A stretch of DNA of 64,000 nt from Candidatus Methylomirabilota bacterium. GTDB taxonomy: Bacteria; Methylomirabilota; Methylomirabilia; Rokubacteriales; CSP1-6. Positions 29,781-39,957 of this stretch are shown piece by piece. The notes under the pieces are model-generated. The model had not been told where the DNA came from and ran no database searches. It saw only the letters and a list, made by a program, of their open reading frames with translations. Made by a program: the position numbers and the translations under genes. The stretch is from contig JBKPAK010000024.1 of the NCBI GenBank assembly GCA_046726415.1, positions 8,454 through 72,453 of the forward strand, in the 5' to 3' direction. Within the stretch, counting starts at the first letter, position 1. The number at the start of each line of letters is the position of its first letter.

Positions 29781-30847
29781 GGCACCACCTGAAAGCGCAG
29801 GCGCCCGATGAGCTGCCCGGACGTCGTCACGACGTCGACCGACCAGCCGCCCACCGGATTGGGTGGAAAGCTCTCCTTGCGCGAGTACGTGCGGAACCCC
29901 TCCCGGCGGCCCCCGAGCACGGGCGAGAGCCGAACCACCGCGAGCGGGCGCCCATCGAGGCGCCACACGTGCTCGATGGGTTGACTGAGACCGGCCGGCG
30001 CATAGATGGCAGTGTACGCGACGAGACTTCCCCATTCGCGAAGTTGGGTGACGGTAATGGGACCCCTCACGCGGTCGATGGGTTCCCAGTCCGCCATGCT
30101 CCGCGCCAGCGTGGCACCGGCAAGGGCCAGCGGGGCCGGCGGGATGGCGGTCCGGCCCAAGGTCGCCACGGTCGCGGCCACCACCGCCGCGGCCAGGGTC
30201 ACCCGCAGCGCGCGCGGCCACGACATCGACCACGCGCGCCGGATCATCGGCGTGAGGGAGAGCACGGAGACGGCTGCGCTCGCGATGAGGGCATGCAAGG
30301 GCGGAACCCGCACGAGCGGCAATGCCACGTTTAGGGCGGCGAACACGGCGACGAGGAGGACGGCGTAACGCGCCCACGTGCGAGGCTGCACCAGGGCGTC
30401 GAACCAGGGGTCGAACGTGGCGAGCAGGGCGAGCAGGACCAGCAGGCCGAGGAAGCTCGCGTTGAGCGATGTCAGTGTGGTGCTGGCGTAGTAAGCGGGC
30501 AGGATGAACAGAAGCACGCCGTGCAGCAGCGTCTGCACCGCGTAGTCGGCGCCACGCAGCGGGCGGCGCCAGCCCCTGGCCTCCAGCCCCTCGCGGAAGA
30601 CGGCGAGCATGACCACGAGCAGCCACATGAGGAGCAAGTAGCCGATGATCCACCCCACGTGCGGAAGCCCGCGCCGGAAGACGAACAGGGTGACGAGCCC
30701 GCCGGCCAGGGACGCGAGCGAGACACCCCAGTGACGGACGAAGTCCGCGATCCGAGCCAGAGCCCATGGACGAACCGAGGAGCGCCCCCGGTCCCCCAGG
30801 GTGCGGCGAGCGTCAGGGGAGCTTGGGGGGCGCCCCGAGCCCCCCAT
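29777..30847 (-). CDS. Membrane protein with C-terminal DUF2914-like domain (start uncertain)
   Basis: About 7 TM helices; AYTAIYAPAGL...HVW...GGRREGFRTYSRK...WSVDV...GQLIGR. Confidence 0.78.
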   Translation of the reverse strand: MGGSGRPPSSPDARRTLGDRGRSSVRPWALARIADFVRHWGVSLASLAGGLVTLFVFRRGLPHVGWIIGYLLLMWLLVVMLAVFREGLEARGWRRPLRGADYAVQTLLHGVLLFILPAYYASTTLTSLNASFLGLLVLLALLATFDPWFDALVQPRTWARYAVLLVAVFAALNVALPLVRVPPLHALIASAAVSVLSLTPMIRRAWSMSWPRALRVTLAAAVVAATVATLGRTAIPPAPLALAGATLARSMADWEPIDRVRGPITVTQLREWGSLVAYTAIYAPAGLSQPIEHVWRLDGRPLAVVRLSPVLGGRREGFRTYSRKESFPPNPVGGWSVDVVTTSGQLIGRLRFQVVP

Positions 30848-30940
30848 GTAATCACGCGCGCGCGGAATCGAGGAGCGATCCGGGTCCCCCGGGGCGCGAC
30901 GAGCGTCGGGGGGTTTGGGGGGCGCCCGGAGTCCCCCATG
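30773..30940 (-). repeat. Two tandem REP-like units (30773-30848, 30866-30940)
   Basis: Each reads ATGGGGG...GCGCCCCCCAA...GACGCTCG...CGCTCCTCG on the minus strand. Confidence 0.82.
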
Positions 30941-30943
30941 CAA

Positions 30944-31174
30944 TCATCCGGGCGGGCCGAGTCGCTCGGCGAGCTGGCGGGCGAAATCGTCGCGGCGGAG
31001 CGCCTCGATGCATTCGTGCACGTCGCGCGGGACGCGGTGGCCCAGGTGGGCGCTCACGAGATCGAGCGCGCCCCCTCGCGCGGCGCCATCGAGGGCACAG
31101 ATCTCGCGGAGCGCTCGGGCAATCGACTCGTCGCGCTCGCCCACCTGGACGATGACGTCTACGGCGAACTGCAT
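30944..31174 (-). CDS. Small hypothetical protein
   Basis: 76 aa ORF starting 4 nt after the metG stop, same strand. Confidence 0.6.
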   Translation of the reverse strand: MQFAVDVIVQVGERDESIARALREICALDGAARGGALDLVSAHLGHRVPRDVHECIEALRRDDFARQLAERLGPPG

Positions 31175-31178
31175 GAAC

Positions 31179-33089
31179 TTACTTTACCCTGGCCCCCAGC
31201 GGAAGGTCGCGATCCGGGGTGATGAGGGCGAGGGCGCCGTCGCGCTCTCCCGCCAGCACCATCCCTTCGGACTGCACGCCCATCAGCGTGGCGGGCTGCA
31301 GGTTGGCCACGACCACCACCTTGCGGCCGATGAGATCGGCCGGGGCGTAGTGCTCGGCGATCCCGGCCAGCACGGTGCGGCTCTCGGCGCCCAGCGAGAT
31401 GGTGAGCTTGAGCAGTTTCTTCGACTTCGGCATGGCCTCCGCGGCCAGCACCTCGGCCACACGCAGATCGACCCGCGAGAAGTCATCGATGCGGATGCGC
31501 TCGGGGCGAGCCGCCTCCCCCGACACCCTGGCCGCCTGTCCCGCGATTCCCCCGGAGACGGCATCGTTGGCGGGGACCACCCGCGGGAAGAGGCCCGAGA
31601 GCTTTCGGACGGGCGTGCCGGCCTGGAGGCCTCCCCACTTCGCGTCGACCAGCATCACCGCCCCGCGCAAGCCCAGCGCCTCGCGGATCTTCCCCGCCGC
31701 CAAGGGCAGGAAGGGGTCGAGCACGATACCGAGGCAGCGCAGCGACTCGCCCAGCGTGTAGAGCACAGTGTCCAGCCGCGGGCGCCGAGCCGGGTCTTTG
31801 ACCAGCGTCCACGGCTGCTCCGCGTCGACATACCGGTTGAGCAGGCCCAACCATTCCCAGATCGCGGCCAGGGCGCGGCTGAAGGCGAACTCCTCCATGG
31901 CCGCGTCCACCTCGGCCAGCATCTTCTGGGAGGCCCACTGCACGGCGTCGTCAGCGGCCGTTGACGCGCCGGGCGCTGGCACCGTCCCTCGGCCGGCCAG
32001 CAAGGTCGTGACGCGCGAGGCAAAGTTGCCGAGGTCGTTGGCGAGGTCGGCGTTGAGCCGGCTCACCAGGGCGTCCTCGGAGAAGTCCGCGTCCAGTCCG
32101 AACACGGCCTCGCGCATGACGAAGTATCGGAAGGCGTCGTGGCCGTAGGTGTCGGTCAGGGCCAGGGCTTCGACAATGTTGCCGATGGACTTCGACATCT
32201 TGCCACCGCCCAGACGCCAATAGCCGTGGACGTTGAGGCGAGTGTAAACGGGGAGACCCGCCGCCTTGAGCATGCAGGGCCAGTACACGCCGTGGGGCTT
32301 GAGGATGTCCTTGCCGATGAGGTGCTGCACGTGAGGCCAGAACGTGGTGTACGGCTCTCCACCGATCTCGCCGAGGGCCGAGACGTAGTTAATGAGGGCG
32401 TCGAACCACACGTAGGTCACGAACCGCTCGTCGAAGGGCAGCGGGATCCCCCACTCGAGACGGGTGCGCGGGCGGCTGATGCTGAGGTCTTGCAGGGGCT
32501 CGCGCAGGAAGCCGAGAATCTCGTTGCGATAGCGCTCGGGCCGGATGAGGCCGGGGTTCGACGTGATGTAGTTCACCAACCAGTCCTGGTAGGCCGACAT
32601 CCGGAAGAAGTAGTTCTCCTCCTCGATCCACGTGAGGGGAGTGTCGTGGTCGGGGCACTTGCCGTCCACGATCTCCTTGTCGGTGTAGAACCGCTCGCAG
32701 CCGTAGCAGTAGGAGCCGCCGTACTTGCCGAAGTAGATCTCACCGGCCTCCCACAGCCTCTGGAGGATCTGCTGGACGATGCGGGCATGCCGGGGCTCAG
32801 TGGTGCGGATGAAGTCGTCGTTGGTGATGCCCAGCCGCACCCAGGTCTCGCGGAAGGCCGCGGAGTTGGCGTCGGCGAGGGCTTGGGGCGATACCCCGGC
32901 CTTGGCCGCGACCTGGGCGATCCGTTCCCCGTGCTCGTCGGTGCCGGTAAGGAACCACACGCGGTCGCCGCGCAGGCGCCGGTAGCGGGCCATGGCGTCG
33001 GCGATGATCGTGGTATACGCGTGGCCCAGGTGCGGGCGTGCGTTGATGTAGTAGATGGGCGTGGTGAGGTAGAGAATCGATCCCCTCAC
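31179..33089 (-). CDS. metG: Methionyl-tRNA synthetase
   Basis: TTPIYY, HLGH, TGTDEHG, YVWFDAL, KMSKS, C-terminal tRNA-binding domain. Confidence 0.97.
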   Translation of the reverse strand: MRGSILYLTTPIYYINARPHLGHAYTTIIADAMARYRRLRGDRVWFLTGTDEHGERIAQVAAKAGVSPQALADANSAAFRETWVRLGITNDDFIRTTEPRHARIVQQILQRLWEAGEIYFGKYGGSYCYGCERFYTDKEIVDGKCPDHDTPLTWIEEENYFFRMSAYQDWLVNYITSNPGLIRPERYRNEILGFLREPLQDLSISRPRTRLEWGIPLPFDERFVTYVWFDALINYVSALGEIGGEPYTTFWPHVQHLIGKDILKPHGVYWPCMLKAAGLPVYTRLNVHGYWRLGGGKMSKSIGNIVEALALTDTYGHDAFRYFVMREAVFGLDADFSEDALVSRLNADLANDLGNFASRVTTLLAGRGTVPAPGASTAADDAVQWASQKMLAEVDAAMEEFAFSRALAAIWEWLGLLNRYVDAEQPWTLVKDPARRPRLDTVLYTLGESLRCLGIVLDPFLPLAAGKIREALGLRGAVMLVDAKWGGLQAGTPVRKLSGLFPRVVPANDAVSGGIAGQAARVSGEAARPERIRIDDFSRVDLRVAEVLAAEAMPKSKKLLKLTISLGAESRTVLAGIAEHYAPADLIGRKVVVVANLQPATLMGVQSEGMVLAGERDGALALITPDRDLPLGARVK

Positions 33090-33958
33090 GCACCGCTCCG
33101 CGGAGCAGGACGGTCGAGCTCGAAGGTGATGTGCGAGCGCCCCTCCCAGGTGATGGCCGACATCGGGACCTCGGCCTCGGTGCCGTCCGGGAAGCCGACG
33201 ACCACGGATTCCTTGAGCACGCGGAGCGACTTCACTTTGCCCGACATGCACCCACCACCCCCGCACGAGGCCTGGCACGGCGTGTTCACCTTGGGCAGCC
33301 GGCTCCGCAGGGCCTCATACGTGGAGAACTCGTAGAGCAGGCAGCACTTGAGGCGCCCGCAGTTGCCCAGCAACCGGCTGTCGGTCAGCGGCACATCCTG
33401 CACCTTCGCCATCCTGACGGCCACCGGGTCGAACTTCCGGAGATAGGACGAGCAGCAGAGCTGCCGGCCGCAGGGCCCAATGCCGTCCATGACCTTGGTG
33501 GTGTCGCGGGCGCCGATCTGGCGCATCTCGATGCGCGCCCGGAACTCCCGCGCGAGGTCGCGCACGAGGTCCCGAAAGTCCACCCGATCCTCGGCGTTGA
33601 AGGACACCAGCACCCGCCGCTCGCGCGCCGCGATCTCGACGTCCACGATCTTCATGCGCAGTCCCCGCGTGCGCGCGAACTGCTGCACGGTGGCGATGGC
33701 GGCCCGCTCCCGGTCGACATGAGCGCGATGGTCGTGGGCTTCGCTCTTCGTGGCCATGCGCAGCACACGGCGGTAGAGGGCATCGCGCTTGGCCTCCGGC
33801 ACCGGCCGCCGCGGGCGGCGGACTTCGCCTACGGCCGGCTCGGCCGCCGCTTCGACCACGCAGAAGTCGCCGACGTGAAGGTCGAGGTCTCCGGGGACGC
33901 GATAGTCGTCGGTGTTCTGGCCAGCTCGCAGGCGCACCCCGATCAGAAAATCATCCAT
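33086..33958 (-). CDS. ricT: PSP1/RicT (YaaT) family protein
   Basis: RVDFRDLV, RIEMRQIGARD, GPCGRQLCC, CGRLKCCLLYE. Confidence 0.92.
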   Translation of the reverse strand: MDDFLIGVRLRAGQNTDDYRVPGDLDLHVGDFCVVEAAAEPAVGEVRRPRRPVPEAKRDALYRRVLRMATKSEAHDHRAHVDRERAAIATVQQFARTRGLRMKIVDVEIAARERRVLVSFNAEDRVDFRDLVRDLAREFRARIEMRQIGARDTTKVMDGIGPCGRQLCCSSYLRKFDPVAVRMAKVQDVPLTDSRLLGNCGRLKCCLLYEFSTYEALRSRLPKVNTPCQASCGGGGCMSGKVKSLRVLKESVVVGFPDGTEAEVPMSAITWEGRSHITFELDRPAPRSGA

Positions 33959-33973
33959 GACTGGCGTTGCTCC

Positions 33974-34867
33974 TCACGCCGCCCGCAGGGCGAGGCGGCT
34001 CAACAAGACTTCCACGGTGAGCCGTGGCGACACATTGGTTTCCAGCGCGAGCCGCGCGGCCCGACAACCGCCCAGCTCGCCGAGCAGCTCGTCCATGGAC
34101 CAGCGGGTAGATTCTCGAGCGATCTCTGCGGCCGTCCCGCCGTTCACGAGCAAGGATTCCGGAGCGCCGCTGCCCGCCAGGAGCAGGTCGCGGCAGAGCA
34201 ACCAGTAGGCGTCGATGAGGCGCTCAGCGGCATCCCGGTCGATGGACTGGAGCTTCCCGAGCAGCGCATCAGCACCTTGGGCGCGGACCTCAGCGAAGAG
34301 AGCAAGCGCGTCGGCCCGCGCGGCCTCGGCCTGTGAATCGGGGCGGGGCGCAAAGCGCACGATCTGGCAGCGCGACAGCACAGTCGCCGGAAGGGCGCGG
34401 ACGCTTCGGAGGACGAGGATGATCACCGTCCGGTCGGGCGGCTCCTCGAGCGTCTTGAGGAACGCGTGCGGCGTGTCGTCCGTCATGCGATCGGCGTCGT
34501 CCACGATGAAGATCTTGCGCGCGGCCATGGCCGGTCGCAGCCCCGCCTGGCGCTCCAGAGCCCGGATGTCGCCGATGCGGATGGCCCTCGGCCCCTTCGG
34601 GTTGCGCTCCGGCGGCGTGGGCGCGATCACGTGCAGGTCCGGATGCTGGCGGCGGCCGACCAGGGCGCACGCTCGGCAGCAACCGCATCCGCCCTCCGCA
34701 GAGGGGCGCTCGCACAGCAGTGCCTTGGCAAAGATCAGCGCCGCGGTGCTCCGTCCGGAACGGGGCGGGCCCAAGAACGCGTAAGCGTGGGCCACGCGCC
34801 CGCCCACGAGGGCCCGGCTCAGAATCGCCGCCACGCGGGGTTGACCGTCGAGGGCGCTAAACGGCAC
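33974..34867 (-). CDS. holB: DNA polymerase III subunit delta'
   Basis: AHAYAFLG, CGCCRAC zinc site, HPDLH, FLKTLEEPP, SRC; tmk-holB-ricT-metG synteny. Confidence 0.92.
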   Translation of the reverse strand: MPFSALDGQPRVAAILSRALVGGRVAHAYAFLGPPRSGRSTAALIFAKALLCERPSAEGGCGCCRACALVGRRQHPDLHVIAPTPPERNPKGPRAIRIGDIRALERQAGLRPAMAARKIFIVDDADRMTDDTPHAFLKTLEEPPDRTVIILVLRSVRALPATVLSRCQIVRFAPRPDSQAEAARADALALFAEVRAQGADALLGKLQSIDRDAAERLIDAYWLLCRDLLLAGSGAPESLLVNGGTAAEIARESTRWSMDELLGELGGCRAARLALETNVSPRLTVEVLLSRLALRAA

Positions 34868-35477
34868 GGAGGAACTCCTCGACCACCCCGATCACCTGCG
34901 CCGTCACCGCTTCCGGCGCCCGCGCGGCCTGGATCAGCCGAACCCGCTTTGGCTCCGACCGCATGATCTCGAGGTAGCCTCGGCGCACGCGGCGGTGGAA
35001 CGCGAGGGCCTGCCGCTCGAAGTGATCGAGTTTCCGCCCCCGAATGCGGCGAAAACCCGACTCCGGCGAGATATCGAAGAGCAGGGTGAGGTCGGGAAGC
35101 ACTCCGCCGGTGGCGCGCACGTTCAACTCGCGGATCCAGTCGCGATCGACTCCGAACCCGTATCCTTGATAGGCGATGGTGGCATCGGTATAGCGATCGC
35201 ACAACACGATCCGCCCGCGCCGGAGCCACGGCTCGATATTGTCGGCGACCTGCTGCCGGCGGGCGGCGAGCAGGAGGAAGACCTGCGTCAGTGGCTGCGG
35301 ATCGATGTCGGTCCGCCCGAAGAGGCGCCGGACGGCGAGACCCACCGCCGTGCCACCCGGCTCCGCCGTCCGCTCCACTCGGTAGCCCTGAACCTTGAGC
35401 CAGTGCTCAAGCCGGGGCATCTGGGTCGACTTGCCCGACCCCTCGACCCCCTCGAACGTGATGAGCACTCCCCGCAC
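34857..35477 (-). CDS. tmk: Thymidylate kinase
   Basis: ITFEGVEGSGKSTQ, CDRY, AYQGYG, PDLT. Confidence 0.95.
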   Translation of the reverse strand: MRGVLITFEGVEGSGKSTQMPRLEHWLKVQGYRVERTAEPGGTAVGLAVRRLFGRTDIDPQPLTQVFLLLAARRQQVADNIEPWLRRGRIVLCDRYTDATIAYQGYGFGVDRDWIRELNVRATGGVLPDLTLLFDISPESGFRRIRGRKLDHFERQALAFHRRVRRGYLEIMRSEPKRVRLIQAARAPEAVTAQVIGVVEEFLRAV

Positions 35478-35632
35478 TCGCGAGACCCCCTGGCGTCGCA
35501 GTGTGTCACTCTAGCATGCCCTAACCGCAATCGACACGCCGCCCCAGCGGATTCGGATGCGGGCTCGCTCCGTCTCATGGCGGGCCAAGGCGGGCTTGGA
35601 GGGTCTCTCGCCCTCCAACTTCAAGGGCCTGG

Positions 35633-36766
35633 CTACAGCCGGTGAGTCGGGAAGATCAGGCGGCGGACGGCTTCGACCTGCCGGTCAGCGTAAGCTCGCA
35701 CCGGCTCCTCGAGGTGCGCGGGGATCGGGGCGGGAGGGTCCCACAGATCGCGCGAGGGAAAGCCGAACCGCTCGAGATCCGGGTCGAAGGCCGCGGGCAT
35801 TTCCGACTTCAGCTCGAGGTCGTTCATGATCGCCCACGCCACCGTCCACGCCCGCGCCACGTTGCGCAGGTCGTAGCCACCGCCTCCCAGCGCCACGAGC
35901 CGCGGGGCCAGGCCGACCACGCGGCGGACGGCCGCCGCGAAGCCCTGCACGTCGAGGGCGAGGTGGGTGAGGGGATCGGTCCGGTGGGCGTCGATGCCGA
36001 GCTGCAGCACGACCGCGTCCGGCCGGAACGTCTCCAGCAGAGGCGGCACCACCGCCTCGAACGCCGGCAGATACGTGTCGCGATCGGTGAACGCTTCAAG
36101 CGGAAGGTTGACGGAGTAGCCCGTGCCCTTGCCCTCTCCCACCTCCTCGACGAACCCCGTACCGGGAAAGAGACGATCACCGCGCTCGTGCGTCGAGATG
36201 GTGAGCACGCTGGCATCCGCGTAGAACGCTTGCTGCACGCCGTCGCCGTGATGGGCGTCGATGTCCACGTAGGCCACGCGCATGCCGTGGGCCCGCAGGC
36301 GCAGGATGGCCAGCACGGCGTCGTTGACGTAGCAGAAGCCCGACGCCCGGGCCGGCATGGCGTGATGCAGGCCGCCTGCGAAGTGGAATGCGCGGTCGAC
36401 GACACCACGGGCCACGAGATCGGCGGCGTCCAATGACCCACCTGCGGCCAGTCGAGCCACCTGCCACAGGCCGGCAAAGACGGGATTGTCGCCGGGGCCG
36501 AGGCCGAACAGGGCCGCGCGCGATGGTGCCTGGCCGCTGTCGGCCGCCTTGAGGACTTCCAGGTAGGCGCGGCTGTGGAACTCCTCCATCCGAGCCTCAT
36601 CGGCCGCCTCCGGCTCGCGCACGATCGCACCGGGCAAGGTGGTCAGGCCGTAGGCCTGCATCAGACGCCAGGTGAGGCCCAGCCGCTCCATGCGCAACGG
36701 GTGCTCGGGGCCGTAGTCGAAGCGCGTGTAGTCGTCGGAGTAGAGAAGCGCGGTCTTGGTGGTCAC
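35633..36766 (-). CDS. acuC: AcuC/histone deacetylase family protein deacetylase
   Basis: [37 protein letters not shown]. Confidence 0.92.
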   Translation of the reverse strand: MTTKTALLYSDDYTRFDYGPEHPLRMERLGLTWRLMQAYGLTTLPGAIVREPEAADEARMEEFHSRAYLEVLKAADSGQAPSRAALFGLGPGDNPVFAGLWQVARLAAGGSLDAADLVARGVVDRAFHFAGGLHHAMPARASGFCYVNDAVLAILRLRAHGMRVAYVDIDAHHGDGVQQAFYADASVLTISTHERGDRLFPGTGFVEEVGEGKGTGYSVNLPLEAFTDRDTYLPAFEAVVPPLLETFRPDAVVLQLGIDAHRTDPLTHLALDVQGFAAAVRRVVGLAPRLVALGGGGYDLRNVARAWTVAWAIMNDLELKSEMPAAFDPDLERFGFPSRDLWDPPAPIPAHLEEPVRAYADRQVEAVRRLIFPTHRL

Positions 36767-37266
36767 GTGCGCGTCCAATATCCGGACTTGCCGCCGGATT
36801 TCTCGAGGAGCTGGATCTCGCCGATGGTGACGCCGCGCTCCACCGCCTTGATCATGTCGTACACGGTCAGCGCGGCCACGCTCACTGCGGTGAGGGCTTC
36901 CATCTCGACGCCGGTCTTGTCGACCGTCCGCACATGGGCCTCGATGATCAACTCTCCCCGGTGCGGCTCTTCGTGGAATGCCACGTCCACCCCCGTGATT
37001 CGGAGTGGATGGCACATGGGAATGAGATCCGGCGTTCGCTTCGCCGCGAGAATGCCGGCCGTGCGCGCGACCCCCAGAACGTCGCCTTTGGGAGCGTTCC
37101 CCTCGCGGATGGTGGTGAGCGTGGCCGGCGCCATGCGGAGGACCGCGCGCGCCACGGCTTCGCGCGCGGTCTCCGGCTTGCTGGAAACGTCCACCATGCG
37201 GGCATCGCCTTCCGGCGTGAGGTGAGTCAGGCCGCGGAAGGAATCGTGGGGACGGCTCCGCGGCAT
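36763..37266 (-). CDS. moaC: Cyclic pyranopterin monophosphate synthase
   Basis: [39 protein letters not shown]. Confidence 0.96.
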   Translation of the reverse strand: MPRSRPHDSFRGLTHLTPEGDARMVDVSSKPETAREAVARAVLRMAPATLTTIREGNAPKGDVLGVARTAGILAAKRTPDLIPMCHPLRITGVDVAFHEEPHRGELIIEAHVRTVDKTGVEMEALTAVSVAALTVYDMIKAVERGVTIGEIQLLEKSGGKSGYWTRT

Positions 37267-37288
37267 GAGCGCATCTAGGCGTGGGCCG

Positions 37289-37516
37289 TCAGGCGCCGAC
37301 GCCGGCGCGGGTCTGCCGCGCAATGGCCTCCATCCGGTCCTTGGCCATCAGCTTCAATTTCTTCAACTCGCTGATTCTCCAGTGCTGGTCCGCCGAGAGC
37401 GAGGGGACGGCCTTCAGTGTCTCGAGTTCGTGTTCGTAACCTTGGTGCTCGGCGCGAAGGCGGCGGAACTCCTCGTTCTCGGCCATGAGTCGCGCGGTGA
37501 GGTCGTCCTGAGTCAT
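37289..37516 (-). CDS. DUF465/YdcH family small coiled-coil protein
   Basis: [10 protein letters not shown]...[12 protein letters not shown]; GGAGG RBS. Confidence 0.82.
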   Translation of the reverse strand: MTQDDLTARLMAENEEFRRLRAEHQGYEHELETLKAVPSLSADQHWRISELKKLKLMAKDRMEAIARQTRAGVGA

Positions 37517-37645
37517 GCATTCGCCTCCCCTGGAAACACGGAAAGCCAGCACCGTGAGAGGTCGCTGGCCTTTCGGACTGCTCTGTCCACCTGGAGCCCC
37601 GTTCATGCGCTCCCGAGTTACGAGGGATCGGCACCGGGTGAGTTC

Positions 37646-37675
37646 CTTATACGCCCCGGCGCGCGCGAGTGTCAA
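37646..37675 (-). promoter_or_regulatory. Sigma70 promoter for DUF465-moaC-acuC
   Basis: TTGACA, 18 nt, TATAAG. Confidence 0.7.
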
Positions 37676-37685
37676 GCGAAGCTCA

Positions 37686-38780
37686 TCAGATGAGCAGATG
37701 TGGCGCGCTCGCGGGGAAGACGGCAACGATCCGTTCGCCGGGAACGAGCCCCAGCTCCTCGGCTGAACGAGGCGTGACGGCGGCCACCAGTGGAAACCCG
37801 CAATCCATGACCACGTGGACGGCGGCGCCAGCGCGGTTGACCCGGGTCACTGCCCCGGCCAGGCGGTTGCAGTCGCGGCCCGGTGTCCACGCCACGTCGA
37901 ATCGGCCGACGGCGACGTCCTCGGGACGCAGGCATACACGCACCCGCTCCCCGGGCTTCACGTCCCCCACGACCTTCAGTCGCCGTCCGGCCACCTCGAT
38001 GAGCGCGACCTCGCCGTCCCCACTGACCACGAGACCGGGCGCAATCGTCTCGACGCCGACGAAGCGGGCCACCTCCTCGGACGCCGGCGCGTTGAACACG
38101 CGGGCGACACGGTCGACCTGCTGGAGGCTCCCGCGCAGGACGACGGCCACGCGATCGGCCAGCGCCTGAGCCTCATCGCGGTCGTGGGTCACCAGGACAG
38201 TGGCCACTCGCTCCTCGCGCAGGATGGCGTGGAGGTCGCTGATGAGCGCCGCCCGCGAGGGCGGATCGAGCGCGGCAAACGGCTCGTCGAGCAGCAGGAG
38301 CTCAGGCTCCAGCGCGAGCGCGCGGGCCAGCGCGACGCGTTGCGCCTCTCCGCCGGACAGGGAGTGCGCCCGACGAGCGTGAAGATGGGCGACGCCAAGG
38401 CGCTCGAGCCAGCGGCGCGCGCGCGCGCGCGCCACCGCGCTCGGAATGCCCCGGAAGCGAAGCCCGAGGACGGCATTCGCCATCACGCTCGTGTCCGCGA
38501 GCAACGGCTGCTGGAACACCATGGCCTGCCGGCGCCGGACCGCCAGGGCCTGATCGGCGCGCACCGCGCGTCCCCGGAACAACACCTCTCCCGCGGAGGG
38601 CACCTGGAGCAGGCCGAGGACCCGCAACAGCGTGGATTTGCCGCTGCCGTTGGGTCCGATGACGGCCAAGGTCTCGGCCTCGGCGACATCGAGCGCCACA
38701 ACGGCCAGCACCTCGACCGCGCCATACCGGACCGACACCTCGCACAGGGACGCGACGGGGACGTGGGTGGTCGCTCTCAT
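37686..38780 (-). CDS. tupC: Tungstate ABC transporter ATPase with C-terminal TOBE domain
   Basis: GPNGSGKSTLLRVLGLL, LSGGEAQRVALARA, LVAAVTPRSAEELGL. Confidence 0.82.
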   Translation of the reverse strand: MRATTHVPVASLCEVSVRYGAVEVLAVVALDVAEAETLAVIGPNGSGKSTLLRVLGLLQVPSAGEVLFRGRAVRADQALAVRRRQAMVFQQPLLADTSVMANAVLGLRFRGIPSAVARARARRWLERLGVAHLHARRAHSLSGGEAQRVALARALALEPELLLLDEPFAALDPPSRAALISDLHAILREERVATVLVTHDRDEAQALADRVAVVLRGSLQQVDRVARVFNAPASEEVARFVGVETIAPGLVVSGDGEVALIEVAGRRLKVVGDVKPGERVRVCLRPEDVAVGRFDVAWTPGRDCNRLAGAVTRVNRAGAAVHVVMDCGFPLVAAVTPRSAEELGLVPGERIVAVFPASAPHLLI

Positions 38781-39916
38781 GACGGCAGCACGTGGATGGC
38801 ACCGCGGTGGAGGGAGAACTCCCAGTGACGGTCGGCCTTGATGTCGAGGATCTCGTACACGAGGCTCGGGACCTCGACCTCGAGGTCGTGGTCGCCCTGG
38901 GCGGGCGGGCCCGGCTCGTCGAGCCGCACCCGCAGGGCCCATGTGGTGCCCTGGTCGGTGTCTCCCACCACCCGTCCCCGCATCATGTTCATGTGGTGCG
39001 CCACGTCGGGGGCCAGGCGATCTTTCCGAATCAGGCGCACGTACTCCGGCCGAATGAAGAATGCGAGCGGGCTCCCGGCGGGCGGCAGGTAGGCATGGGT
39101 GGGCGAATTGACGGCTTCCAGCAGCTGTCCACGCCACGCGAACTGGATGCGGTCGGGTGACGCCTTCACCACCGTGCCGTGCAGCAGGTTGCGGATGCCG
39201 ATCAGCCGCGCCACCCGCCCCGAGTTCGGCTGCCAGAGAAACTCCGTCTTCGAGGAGGCCTGGATGACGCGGCCCTGGTCGTAGACGATCACGCGGTCGG
39301 CGAGCTGGTAAGCCTCCGAGAGGTCGTGGGTGACGATCACCGCCGGCGTGTCCCAGTCGCGCAGCGTTCGCTCGAGATCGTCGCGAAGCTGGCGCCGGAG
39401 GGGCGCGTCGAGCGCCGAGAGCGGCTCGTCGAGCAGGAGCAGATCAGGGTCGACGGCGAGCGCCCGCCCCAGGGCAACGCGTTGCTGCTGGCCGCCCGAC
39501 AGCTCTCGCGGCGCGCGACGCTCCAGGCCCGACAGGCCGAGTCGCTCGATCACGTCCGCCGTCCGGCGCGCCCGCATGGCCCGCGGGCGATCCCGCAGAC
39601 CGAAGGCTACGTTGTCCCACACACTCAGGTGGGGAAAGAGAGCGTATCCCTGGAACACGTAGCCGATGCGCCGCCGTTGGGGCGGCAGGTCGATGCCCGC
39701 GGTGGAGTCGAAGAAGATATGGCCGTTAACGGTGATCCGCCCCGAATCCGGACGCTCGAGCCCGGCCAGGCATCGGAGGGTCAGACTCTTGCCCGCCCCC
39801 GAGGGCCCGAAGAGCACAGCCACTCCTCCGCCCGCCGTCCAGGACACGTCCAGCGTGAAGGCGGCCAGGTGCTTGACGAGCGAGAGCTCGACGCAACTCG
39901 AAGCGGTGGGCGCCAC
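38777..39916 (-). CDS. modC: Molybdate ABC transporter ATPase
   Basis: LFGPSGAGKS, DLPPQRRRIGYVFQGYALFPHL, LSGGQQQR. Confidence 0.85.
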   Translation of the reverse strand: MAPTASSCVELSLVKHLAAFTLDVSWTAGGGVAVLFGPSGAGKSLTLRCLAGLERPDSGRITVNGHIFFDSTAGIDLPPQRRRIGYVFQGYALFPHLSVWDNVAFGLRDRPRAMRARRTADVIERLGLSGLERRAPRELSGGQQQRVALGRALAVDPDLLLLDEPLSALDAPLRRQLRDDLERTLRDWDTPAVIVTHDLSEAYQLADRVIVYDQGRVIQASSKTEFLWQPNSGRVARLIGIRNLLHGTVVKASPDRIQFAWRGQLLEAVNSPTHAYLPPAGSPLAFFIRPEYVRLIRKDRLAPDVAHHMNMMRGRVVGDTDQGTTWALRVRLDEPGPPAQGDHDLEVEVPSLVYEILDIKADRHWEFSLHRGAIHVLPS

Positions 39917-39957
39917 GGTCCCCTACTATGCCACTGCCCGCTCGCGAGACAACGGGC

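Noticed and set aside
30773-30940. Tandem repeat as CRISPR array
   Set aside because: Only two degenerate ~75-nt units, no unique equal-length spacers, no cas genes
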